Source of the DNA: a virus
Taxonomy: Duplodnaviria > Caudoviricetes
Virus record (IMG/VR): IMGVR_UViG_3300025437_000009
Strand: one strand, 5' to 3'
Length of the DNA stretch: 64,000 nt
Under the pieces are notes generated by a model. The model was not told where the DNA came from, searched no databases, and saw only the letters and a program-made list of their open reading frames with translations. Both the position numbers and the translations under genes were made by a program. Within the stretch, counting starts at the first letter, position 1; the number at the start of each line of letters is the position of its first letter. Shown piece by piece: positions 55,944 to 64,000 of the stretch.

Positions 55944-57404
55944 TTAGTCTGCTGTTGATATATCGGACACTGAACCAAAATCTGGAGACTGTATAATAGG
56001 ACCTCCTATTACTTCACCGTTTGTAACGCCGCTGAAGAGTCCAGTACCACTTGATCCAAATGTCAATGATGTCTGTAGTCCAGTTACCTGTCCTGATAAG
56101 TAGTTTTGTAAATCGCCAAACGCATTGCTAATACCAGTGGATACTGGAGACAATGCACCAGAGATACCTGTTGCAATTTGTTGTCCAGCTTGACTTGCCA
56201 AACTGTTAATGCCTTGAGTGACCGCACCTGTGGCAAATTTAATTGCCATGTTCTCAACAGTAGTAAGAGCCGCACTTGGATTAGCAATCGCTGCTGCCGC
56301 TAGTGTAACAATACTTGTACCAGTTGACCCCAGGCCAGTAGCCACACCTTTGAGTACTCCACCAGCTAATGTGTTAGCGGCTGTACCTGCTAGGCTGTTT
56401 GCTGCTGCTTGTAATTGTTGACCAACAATATTACTATTGCTGATTCCTGATGTTAAGCTACCAAGACTTGGTAGGGCAAATCCACCATTGTTACTACCAG
56501 CAGCACTTGATAAGCCTGTTATCACTCCACTCAGAGTACCAAAGGCAAATGCCGCACTTAACGCACCTGTGTTGGGAGTTGGTACTACTGCACCACCTGA
56601 GGTTGATAAATTAAAATTAGCTAAGTCAGTAATATTGTTAGATGCTGTTTTGTAGTTTGGTGTATTGCCCGAGGGATATTGATTGGGTGTTGGTGTAGTG
56701 TCATAGTGCAAATCGATATATCCACCTACAGTATTTTCTGTAGTATACCCAGTTTGATATTTTACTGTTTCAAAAGTAATTGACATTTGATGTTCAAGTA
56801 GAGCTTGATTTTCACCATTAACATGTTCGCCATGTTTAAATGCTGTAATAAGAGGATTAATTAGCTCATACTCATCAAATCTTCCTTGATACAAACTGTA
56901 GATTCTAATAGCCTGAATGTATTGATAATCTTGATATGCGTTGGCACTATTGTAACTTTGAACTGGGCGTGGACTATATCCCCACTCAAAACTTGGACGT
57001 TCTTGATATTTGTTAATTATGTTATATGTTGCATCGGCATAGTCACTGTCACGGTAAAAGAAACTGTAGTAGTCGTACCAAAATTCTCTTACATTATCGG
57101 CTTGGTCATCATGGAATACAATGTTAATTGGATCATACTGTATTCTATTCTGTACAATATTTTTACGATTGTAGGCATTGTGTACTTTAGTATCAATAGT
57201 AAACTTAGGTAAGCCCACACTCTTGACAATCATACCCATTTCTTGTGCTGATGTATTACTGACGTTGCTGATTAATGGATTGAAATCAAATTCAACATAA
57301 AATAGGAATCCGTACTTAGGGCTTAGACGATAGTTAGCATCAACAAAAATTCTACTTGCATGCTGGTAACTACGTAAGACCGTTTGACTAGTATTAACTG
57401 CCAT
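55944..57404 (-). CDS. tail-tube-like/baseplate tube initiator protein
   Basis: KSVGLPKFTI...YDPINIVFHDD gp19/gp54-like domain with an A/G/S/T-rich tail. Confidence 0.6.
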   Translation of the reverse strand: MAVNTSQTVLRSYQHASRIFVDANYRLSPKYGFLFYVEFDFNPLISNVSNTSAQEMGMIVKSVGLPKFTIDTKVHNAYNRKNIVQNRIQYDPINIVFHDDQADNVREFWYDYYSFFYRDSDYADATYNIINKYQERPSFEWGYSPRPVQSYNSANAYQDYQYIQAIRIYSLYQGRFDEYELINPLITAFKHGEHVNGENQALLEHQMSITFETVKYQTGYTTENTVGGYIDLHYDTTPTPNQYPSGNTPNYKTASNNITDLANFNLSTSGGAVVPTPNTGALSAAFAFGTLSGVITGLSSAAGSNNGGFALPSLGSLTSGISNSNIVGQQLQAAANSLAGTAANTLAGGVLKGVATGLGSTGTSIVTLAAAAIANPSAALTTVENMAIKFATGAVTQGINSLASQAGQQIATGISGALSPVSTGISNAFGDLQNYLSGQVTGLQTSLTFGSSGTGLFSGVTNGEVIGGPIIQSPDFGSVSDISTAD

Positions 57405-57435
57405 AATTATTCCTTGTTACTAGTATTTATCTAAT

Positions 57436-57463
57436 AAAAAACCCGGAGTTTTAAGTCCGGGTT
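57436..57463 (-). terminator. intrinsic terminator after the tail tube gene
   Basis: AACCCGGAC-ttaaa-ACTCCGGGTT followed by TTTT. Confidence 0.8.
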
Positions 57464-57491
57464 AAGTTGCATCATCTAGTTACAAACTTAA

Positions 57492-58109
57492 TTAGCCTGT
57501 CGCTGTTGTTCCTAGTATTGTTGGTGTTACGGTAGTACCAACGCCGCCGCCAACTGTTTGAATTGCGTTGTCAAATTTGATATTAATTGCAATTTGAACT
57601 TGATCGTTGCTACTGTAGGCCATATCGCCCCAGTCAACTGAACTTAAGAAGCAACCGTCTAATTCCCATGCTTCAAGAACGTTAACAGTTGTAGCACCGT
57701 TACCGCCATCAAGCATTTCAAATAACAATTGGAATTTGTAGTCAATACCGCTTGGGGCACTTGCTTGTTCTAAGAAGTCATACTGTTTCTGAACCTGTTG
57801 ACCGATTAGAGTAGTAACTGCACCAGTAGCATCATCACGTAGATTGATTGTTGTTTCTTGCCATTCTGGCTTACCTTGCAAGTAGATTTTTGAGTTATAA
57901 ACGTCAAGTGTAATTGGGTTAAAGTTTACGTTTGGACGTTTGATATCTACTACTTGTTTGGTTAGTTCTGTTGTTGCGTTGTTTACACCAAAGTTAATAA
58001 ATGTAGCGCGAAAGCGATACTTTAGTTTTGGCATTAGCAAGCCCTGAGTGGTTGCACTCTGACTGCTATTCAACGGTACTGTAAAATTACTTAAACTTGC
58101 TACTGGCAT
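57492..58109 (-). CDS. tail tube protein (gp19-like)
   Basis: KYRFR, YLQGKPEW, LRDD, WELDGCF. Follows the sheath gene. Confidence 0.85.
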   Translation of the reverse strand: MPVASLSNFTVPLNSSQSATTQGLLMPKLKYRFRATFINFGVNNATTELTKQVVDIKRPNVNFNPITLDVYNSKIYLQGKPEWQETTINLRDDATGAVTTLIGQQVQKQYDFLEQASAPSGIDYKFQLLFEMLDGGNGATTVNVLEAWELDGCFLSSVDWGDMAYSSNDQVQIAINIKFDNAIQTVGGGVGTTVTPTILGTTATG

Positions 58110-58137
58110 TTTATTCTCCTATACTCTTATTTATTCA

Positions 58138-61100
58138 TTAACTGGACTGAGTGTTTAACGACTTAATTGTGCCAGGATTATAAATTGCGATTGGAATGTA
58201 GATGAATTCAACATCTTTCATTGGTTCAATAGCAACGTCAACATACAACTGATTATTAGCAATAGTAGCTGGTGTATTGTTGCTAGTATCGCAAATTACT
58301 AAAAAGTCATATAAACCACGGTGTGCTAACACGTTATTAAGAGCATTTTCGATCGATGTTGCAATTGACTTACGTGTAATTGCATCATTAGGTTCAAACA
58401 AGTAACCGTTACTAACGCTAGTAAAGATTGAACGTAAATAGTTCTCTAAACGAACAACGTTAACACGATTCTGTGCTGTTGTATCTAAGCTACGAGTCAA
58501 CTGACCAAATACTACTAGGCCGGCACCGGGTAACTGTGTAATTGGGTTAATTGACAAGTTAAATAGTGCATCACGTAGACCTTGGCTTATGCTGTTGTGT
58601 ACAAACGCACCTGTTGACGCATTGAGATATCCAATGTCACTTAGATTACTTACTAAGCCGCGGTTAACACCAGCAGGTGCAAACCATGGATAACTAACTT
58701 GATCGTTGTACAAGTATGTACGCAATACTGCATGGCTAGCTGGAACAACAATTTGGTTTCCAGATAGATCGTTAGTTAAGCCAGCTGGATAATACAAGGC
58801 CAAGTATGGACTTGAGCTTGCATCGCTTGGTAATCCAGTACCTGTGGTATTGTTTACCCAGTTAGTAATATCAACTGTGTTTGGTCCTAATGTCATTGGT
58901 GTATCACCAATAATAAACGCAGTATCACCGCGGTTGTCATTTAGAGTTAACATGTTAGGAATCAACTCTGGATAGTTAGGAGCACAAATTAAATTAAATT
59001 TGTATGTTGGGCTTAACACATCTAAGTTACTGTCAACAGCTGATTGCATCGCTGCAACAACTAAAGCACGTTGAGCTGCACTACCAGCATACATAACACC
59101 ATTTTCATTTAATCCACTGTCAGACACCCATGCATCTGTAATGGTAGGTGTTGAAGTTGGTAAGTTTTCTGGATTGTTACTTGGGTTTGCTGGTGGGAAA
59201 CTTGTGTTATTGAAATAGTTTTGTACATATTTCTTAACATTGTAACCACTACGACGTGTGTTAAACAACAGAGTACCGCGTGGGTATAAGCGCCAATCTG
59301 GAGCATCTAAATCAATATAGTTGCTGGTCAGTAGTGCTGAGATTGGTGGGAAAACTCCACTGATAGGATCTGTTGTGCCGCTGGTATCCCAACGTGCATC
59401 AGCAAATACAATACCGTTTGATGTTGTGTGATCTGTAGTATTGATTGATACCCAAGTTGTACCGTTGTAACGATATAGACTTGGATAGTTAACTAGATCA
59501 CCGGAGTCTAACCACAAGTCGCCAGCTACTAGTGCAGAACCAGTACTTTGACTTGTTGGAGGTGTTGTTGGAGTAACAATAACACCATTTGGATCTGTAT
59601 TAGCTAGATCGTAACCACGTTGATCTGAAGTTACATTGCGATAACCTTTCCAGCCGCTGTTATTGATCATAATATCAATGTCTGCTGGATTGCTATAGTA
59701 CCAAATTGTACCGGTAGCTGGTTTAACGTATGGTGCTGAGGATTGATAATAAATGTTCTTTGTAATATTTTTAAAATTACTGATAGTAACTTGATTAGTT
59801 ACTGAATTGTAAATCCAACCAGATCCCGAACTGCCAGAAAAGCCTGCAGATGCTAGTGGTGTACCAGATACAATATCAATATTAATTTGTCCACCTAAGG
59901 TGTGACCAATTGAAATAGTTCCATTGTCGTTTAGCTGTGCAGTAACATACGGAACGTTAGCTGCTAAAATAGCACTGACAAAACCAGCAGGTGATACAGC
60001 GGATACTGTAACTGTAGCAGATGCAAGAGTTGAAGTTCCTGGCTGTGATGCATTTATAGTAAAACTACCGCTAATACTCGATGATGGTGTTCCACCTGTA
60101 GCATTAGTTGGTTGATTTGATGCTACTACGTCAAAACGCAACATGTTATAGGTTGTGTCAGCTTGATAGTAAGATGTTACCAATTGACCAACAGTGAGTC
60201 CGGAGCCGCCGCCAGTTGGATCAAATGCGTATATTGCTGAACTAAACGTTGGAAATGGTGGGGCACTTTCTGCTACCCATTGACCTGACGCAGAATTATA
60301 TTGGAAAAATGCTGGATTTAATCCGTTACCAGTAATACTGGTTTTCCACCACACTGATCCAGTTGGGCGTGGTTGTGTGTCTGTTGTCATCCAACTTGGT
60401 TGTGCAGTATAAGGACCATAGAAAAACGATAGTGAATTGGTATATCCAGTTGGATATCCGCATAGTGCTAACGGTGTATTTGTTCCATCAAGGAATAATG
60501 CATTACCGTGTCCATCAGCGGCACTTGTAAGGAAAATCTGTAGATAACCGTTAGGTGCTGCAGCAAATACTCCTGGGATAGCAGCAGTATTAATAGAAGC
60601 AGCAAGTGCCGCTACGGTTGTTGTTGATCCAGTTGTAACTGTATTACCGTTGATACTAAATGTGCTGTTAGCAGGGATAGTAGGATTTAGTACTGTGCCA
60701 GTTCTTGCTGGACTTGAAGTCTGCCAGTCTGGACTACCAACTTCTACCCATTGATTATTTAAACCGCCAGTTGTTACACCACCTGAAGTACTAACAGAAT
60801 TAATACCTGCTTTGTAAAATAATCGTAATGCTGAAGGGGTAGTGCCATCTGGATTAACGCAAACGATTGCGTATTGACCAATTTGTCCAACAGAGTTAAG
60901 TGGGGTTGGAACATTGTTGGTTGTATTAACTGTTACATACTGTACTTGTGCTGGGTCAGTAATATTCAATGGAGCAAGATTTGTAAATGCACCTGTGGCT
61001 TCGTTCCACTGATAGATACCCCATTGTGTATTAGAAACGTCTAACCAATATGTGCCATTTGCAGGAGGATCGATTGGACGTACACTTGTACCAACTAGTT

Positions 61101-61449
61101 GGTTTAGGTCGATATCAGCACGGATAGCAAACAACTGATTGCTCAGTCCTAAAGCACTATAAGCTGCCATCAAACCGTATTCATTGATTTCACTACCATT
61201 AACTGGTGTTCCTGCAGAGCTCAATTGGAACGTTGGTGTGCCCAATTGGGTAATCAAATCACGTTGGCTTGTGAATGATAATAGTTTGCCAGCATTTGCT
61301 GGTAGTGTTCCAGTAGCAGGTGAACCTGAAGGATTAGTTTTGTTCGACGCTGTTGCTAACACTACTAATGGTACAGAACCTACGTTACTGTTTACATATT
61401 GGCTTTGATCATTAATTGTGATCGATACGCCTGGAGATACTAGTGCCAT
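58138..61449 (-). CDS. contractile tail sheath protein (gp18-like)
   Basis: MALVSPGVSITIND, WFAPAG.NRG, INPI, RVNVVRL, FEPND, VAIEPMKDVEFIYIPI. Confidence 0.93.
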   Translation of the reverse strand: MALVSPGVSITINDQSQYVNSNVGSVPLVVLATASNKTNPSGSPATGTLPANAGKLLSFTSQRDLITQLGTPTFQLSSAGTPVNGSEINEYGLMAAYSALGLSNQLFAIRADIDLNQLVGTSVRPIDPPANGTYWLDVSNTQWGIYQWNEATGAFTNLAPLNITDPAQVQYVTVNTTNNVPTPLNSVGQIGQYAIVCVNPDGTTPSALRLFYKAGINSVSTSGGVTTGGLNNQWVEVGSPDWQTSSPARTGTVLNPTIPANSTFSINGNTVTTGSTTTVAALAASINTAAIPGVFAAAPNGYLQIFLTSAADGHGNALFLDGTNTPLALCGYPTGYTNSLSFFYGPYTAQPSWMTTDTQPRPTGSVWWKTSITGNGLNPAFFQYNSASGQWVAESAPPFPTFSSAIYAFDPTGGGSGLTVGQLVTSYYQADTTYNMLRFDVVASNQPTNATGGTPSSSISGSFTINASQPGTSTLASATVTVSAVSPAGFVSAILAANVPYVTAQLNDNGTISIGHTLGGQINIDIVSGTPLASAGFSGSSGSGWIYNSVTNQVTISNFKNITKNIYYQSSAPYVKPATGTIWYYSNPADIDIMINNSGWKGYRNVTSDQRGYDLANTDPNGVIVTPTTPPTSQSTGSALVAGDLWLDSGDLVNYPSLYRYNGTTWVSINTTDHTTSNGIVFADARWDTSGTTDPISGVFPPISALLTSNYIDLDAPDWRLYPRGTLLFNTRRSGYNVKKYVQNYFNNTSFPPANPSNNPENLPTSTPTITDAWVSDSGLNENGVMYAGSAAQRALVVAAMQSAVDSNLDVLSPTYKFNLICAPNYPELIPNMLTLNDNRGDTAFIIGDTPMTLGPNTVDITNWVNNTTGTGLPSDASSSPYLALYYPAGLTNDLSGNQIVVPASHAVLRTYLYNDQVSYPWFAPAGVNRGLVSNLSDIGYLNASTGAFVHNSISQGLRDALFNLSINPITQLPGAGLVVFGQLTRSLDTTAQNRVNVVRLENYLRSIFTSVSNGYLFEPNDAITRKSIATSIENALNNVLAHRGLYDFLVICDTSNNTPATIANNQLYVDVAIEPMKDVEFIYIPIAIYNPGTIKSLNTQSS

Positions 61450-61564
61450 GGTTTATATCCTTTATATTACATGTTATAGTTATTTATAAGAAAGGTATAA
61501 AATATGGTAGGTTACAGGAGCCTTTGCAAAGGTTTAATTGATTTTTGCATCATAAATACAGCAT

Positions 61565-61915
61565 ATGATACGACCAATATGTCCTGTATGCTCTGAAAAC
61601 TACGTTGCTATTAATTATAAACGTGGCGGTATGTTACACTATAGAACAAAGTGTGCTGCCTGCATTAGAAAAGGAAAAAAATTAAAGCCGCAGGCTCCTG
61701 CATGGGCTAAGTCGGGATACAAAAAAGCCGAGCGTTGTGAAGTATGTAACTTTAAAGCAAAAATTCCCACCAAACAATTATTTGTATATCATGTGGACGG
61801 GAATCTTAAAAACAACAATTGGCACAATTTAAAAACAATCTGTGCTAATTGTAGAATTGAACTTGCTGTAAGTCGAGTTAGTTGGAAACCGGCTCCTATT
61901 GTACCAGACTTTTAA
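61565..61915 (+). CDS. zinc-binding HNH-like protein
   Basis: CPVC, CAAC, CEVC, HVDGNLKNN...TICANC. Confidence 0.75.
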   Translation: MIRPICPVCSENYVAINYKRGGMLHYRTKCAACIRKGKKLKPQAPAWAKSGYKKAERCEVCNFKAKIPTKQLFVYHVDGNLKNNNWHNLKTICANCRIELAVSRVSWKPAPIVPDF

Positions 61916-62519
61916 TATTAGCGTAGAGTTCTTCGATAGTACCGTTGTTGTCAATTTCATAATCAAATTTTGTACCTACCCACGCAGTTTCGCTGATATG
62001 CACTCCAAGCTCTCTAAGAATTTCGCTAGATGCATTGGGCTGTGGCGGATTGTTATTTGCGGCCAGTGCTACACCATACCAGCTAGGTAATTCGCCGCGT
62101 CGAACCCAAACAATTTTACCGCCAGCATTACGAATACTTTGTATTTCGTTAGGGAAACGGACATCACTGATGACAGTATTATCACTACGACGACTTAGTC
62201 GTGCTTCCAGGGCCGCGATCCAAATGTCGTCGTGGAAGGCTTTACGGCAAACTTCAGTGCCCCAGTACTGTAGTACCCAGCGGGGAGTTAAATTGGGCAT
62301 GTTAAGTCTATTGGCCCACCATGGATCCACTTGTTCACGCCAAGCACGTGCTTCAGGAGTACGACCTTCTAAGAGTTCACGATCCCAACCAAATACTGCG
62401 GCCACAGCATCTTTAAGTGTACCAGCAAAACTATCGCGTCTGTAGCCGTGAAAACCAACTAAGTAGTCGGCAATAGTATCTTTACCTGAACCAATAAATC
62501 CGCATACACCAATGATCAT
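61896..62519 (-). CDS. deoxynucleoside monophosphate kinase (gp1-like)
   Basis: IGVCGFIGSGKDT, FAGTLKDAV, RWVLQYWGTEV, ISDVRFPNE, HISE. Confidence 0.9.
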   Translation of the reverse strand: MIIGVCGFIGSGKDTIADYLVGFHGYRRDSFAGTLKDAVAAVFGWDRELLEGRTPEARAWREQVDPWWANRLNMPNLTPRWVLQYWGTEVCRKAFHDDIWIAALEARLSRRSDNTVISDVRFPNEIQSIRNAGGKIVWVRRGELPSWYGVALAANNNPPQPNASSEILRELGVHISETAWVGTKFDYEIDNNGTIEELYANIKSLVQ

Positions 62520-62550
62520 AAAAAAGCCCTTTGTAATAAGGGCTATTTTT
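62520..62550. terminator. bidirectional-looking intrinsic terminator
   Basis: AAAAAGCCCT-ttgtaata-AGGGCTATTTTT. Confidence 0.7.
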
Positions 62551-62573
62551 ACATAATTTAAGTAGTTTGTCAA

Positions 62574-63527
62574 CTATCCCATTAACCAAGTCAGTGGTTG
62601 CGATCCGTCAACATACTGTTTTAGATCGTCCTCTAATTTTTCCATTTCAGCTTGTGCTTCAGCTTTTAGTTGGGCTCCATTCAGACTAGTACCACCCTGT
62701 GGTCCCGCAATTTGGCTAAACTTTTCGCGTGCTTCACCTAGGATACGTTTGCAAAAACTGTAGGCATAATCTTGAATCCAGGGAAATGCATAGGTATCGT
62801 TAAGGATTATAGAATCTGGCTTTTGATTAAACATCCAAAGTATAACAGTTTCTTGCTGTGTTAAATCGGGGTTAGCACCTTGCCATGGCATCTTACGAAC
62901 TAGTGTTAGTTTTTTTGTTACTGGGTTAAATGTAAAGTTCATAAAGCCACCAAACATTTTCATAGCTAGTTTTTGATAGTCAACAAACAATTCATAGTTT
63001 GTTAGGCCACCAACACGTCCAGCTACCAACATATACGTGTTTAAGTATCCTGATGAAAATGGCTCAAATTGACTAGCACTAGTACCTGTAGTTGAACCAA
63101 TACCACGACGGAAAATTTGTCGAACGCTCATTACTTCTTTGGGTAGTATATACTCCTGGGTTTCAGGAAGTAATACCATGCTTGCATAGCTTTCTTCTGT
63201 GGAGTTTTGAGCACGTTGACGATATTTGATCAGAGCCTGTGTAACTCCCATTTCGTAGTGTTCTTTATCTAGTTCAACGTCCACAATGCCGTCAGCTAAT
63301 CGTAAACGAATATAGTCGGTGATAGCAGCACGTAGACTATCGTTGGTATTACCAAATGTCCAGTTTGGGTCTTGGACACCGGGGAAGCCTACTCGAGAGT
63401 CGCCAGTAAATTCGATATGGCCAGCACCAGAACCAGTGTTGGCATTAAAAAGGCTTTCTGTGCCTATGTTAAGATTTGCGTCAAACCCAGGATCTTCAAT
63501 GATCGGGCCTGTATAAGGTGTTACCAT
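62574..63527 (-). CDS. neck protein (gp13-like)
   Basis: DYIRLRLADGIVDVELD, LGEAREKF..IAGPQGG..LNG..LKAEA. Located near the sheath gene. Confidence 0.78.
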   Translation of the reverse strand: MVTPYTGPIIEDPGFDANLNIGTESLFNANTGSGAGHIEFTGDSRVGFPGVQDPNWTFGNTNDSLRAAITDYIRLRLADGIVDVELDKEHYEMGVTQALIKYRQRAQNSTEESYASMVLLPETQEYILPKEVMSVRQIFRRGIGSTTGTSASQFEPFSSGYLNTYMLVAGRVGGLTNYELFVDYQKLAMKMFGGFMNFTFNPVTKKLTLVRKMPWQGANPDLTQQETVILWMFNQKPDSIILNDTYAFPWIQDYAYSFCKRILGEAREKFSQIAGPQGGTSLNGAQLKAEAQAEMEKLEDDLKQYVDGSQPLTWLMG

Positions 63528-63575
63528 ATATTACTCCGTTATCAAGTATTTATTACTCTGTAACGGAGTTTGGGT

Positions 63576-64000
63576 TTATTGTACCTTTAGTAGAATCACA
63601 TCAGCACTAATACGACCATTGAGTTTTGTTTCAGTTGCTTTGATATTTTCTATAAACTTACGCAGTTCTATCTTAGTAGCACGAGCAAACTCTTTGAGCT
63701 TTTCCTCTGGTTTACGCAAGGTTTTTGTTACACTTTTATGTTCATCGAAGCCGATAATGCCAGTTCCTTTGACGTTTAAGGGTCCTTTTAGACTGTCAGC
63801 TACATACTTGCCTAACTTACGTGTTTTAGTGTTATAGACCCATAGTTCTTGTGCACCAATAATATCTGCAGGATTAACGCTAACCAAGCGTAAAACTTTA
63901 TCTTCTTTGGCATATTTGAGTTTAGCTACTACTTTTTCTTTGCTTACGGATTTTGGGGCACGAATCTTTTTAGTAGCTTTCTTGACGCCACGATATTGAA
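63576..64000 (-). CDS. hypothetical protein (5' end outside the window)
   Basis: The frame stays open from the window edge: ...LWVYNTKTRKLGKYVA...KTLRKPEE. Confidence 0.7.
   Translation of the reverse strand, partial: QYRGVKKATKKIRAPKSVSKEKVVAKLKYAKEDKVLRLVSVNPADIIGAQELWVYNTKTRKLGKYVADSLKGPLNVKGTGIIGFDEHKSVTKTLRKPEEKLKEFARATKIELRKFIENIKATETKLNGRISADVILLKVQ

Overview
A 64 kb segment of a large T4-like contractile-tailed (jumbo/huge) phage genome. It is AT-rich, uses standard code 11 and is coded mostly on the minus strand. The core modules are recombination/replication genes (UvsW-like helicase, UvsX, UvsY, gp32 SSB, dNMP kinase, dCMP deaminase) and virion assembly genes (terminase large subunit, gp4-like head completion nuclease, tail tube, tail sheath, neck protein). 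Accessory content includes host-like GroES/GroEL, RpoZ, a ~12.6 kb glycan-synthesis/modification island containing a RuBisCO-like protein, and a radical-SAM/SDR/sulfotransferase/2OG cassette. About 27 tRNA genes lie between 21.4 and 34.5 kb; they cover all 20 amino acids and are interspersed with homing endonucleases and several unexplained structured RNAs. The most striking signal is at 32876-33106. A consensus sigma70 promoter drives a nearly leaderless 40-codon peptide containing all 20 amino acids. Its stop codon sits inside a 19-bp antiterminator that is mutually exclusive with an intrinsic terminator at the head of the main tRNA array. This is the architecture of a general translation-sensing attenuator. 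Other candidates are a late small RNA whose loop is complementary to an early gene RBS, non-canonical tRNA-like RNAs, a conserved promoter-spacer motif, leaderless late genes and RBS-sequestering hairpins that enclose late promoters. All calls were made by eye from sequence and motifs; no database searches or folding programs were run. Several start codons were moved relative to the supplied ORF track.
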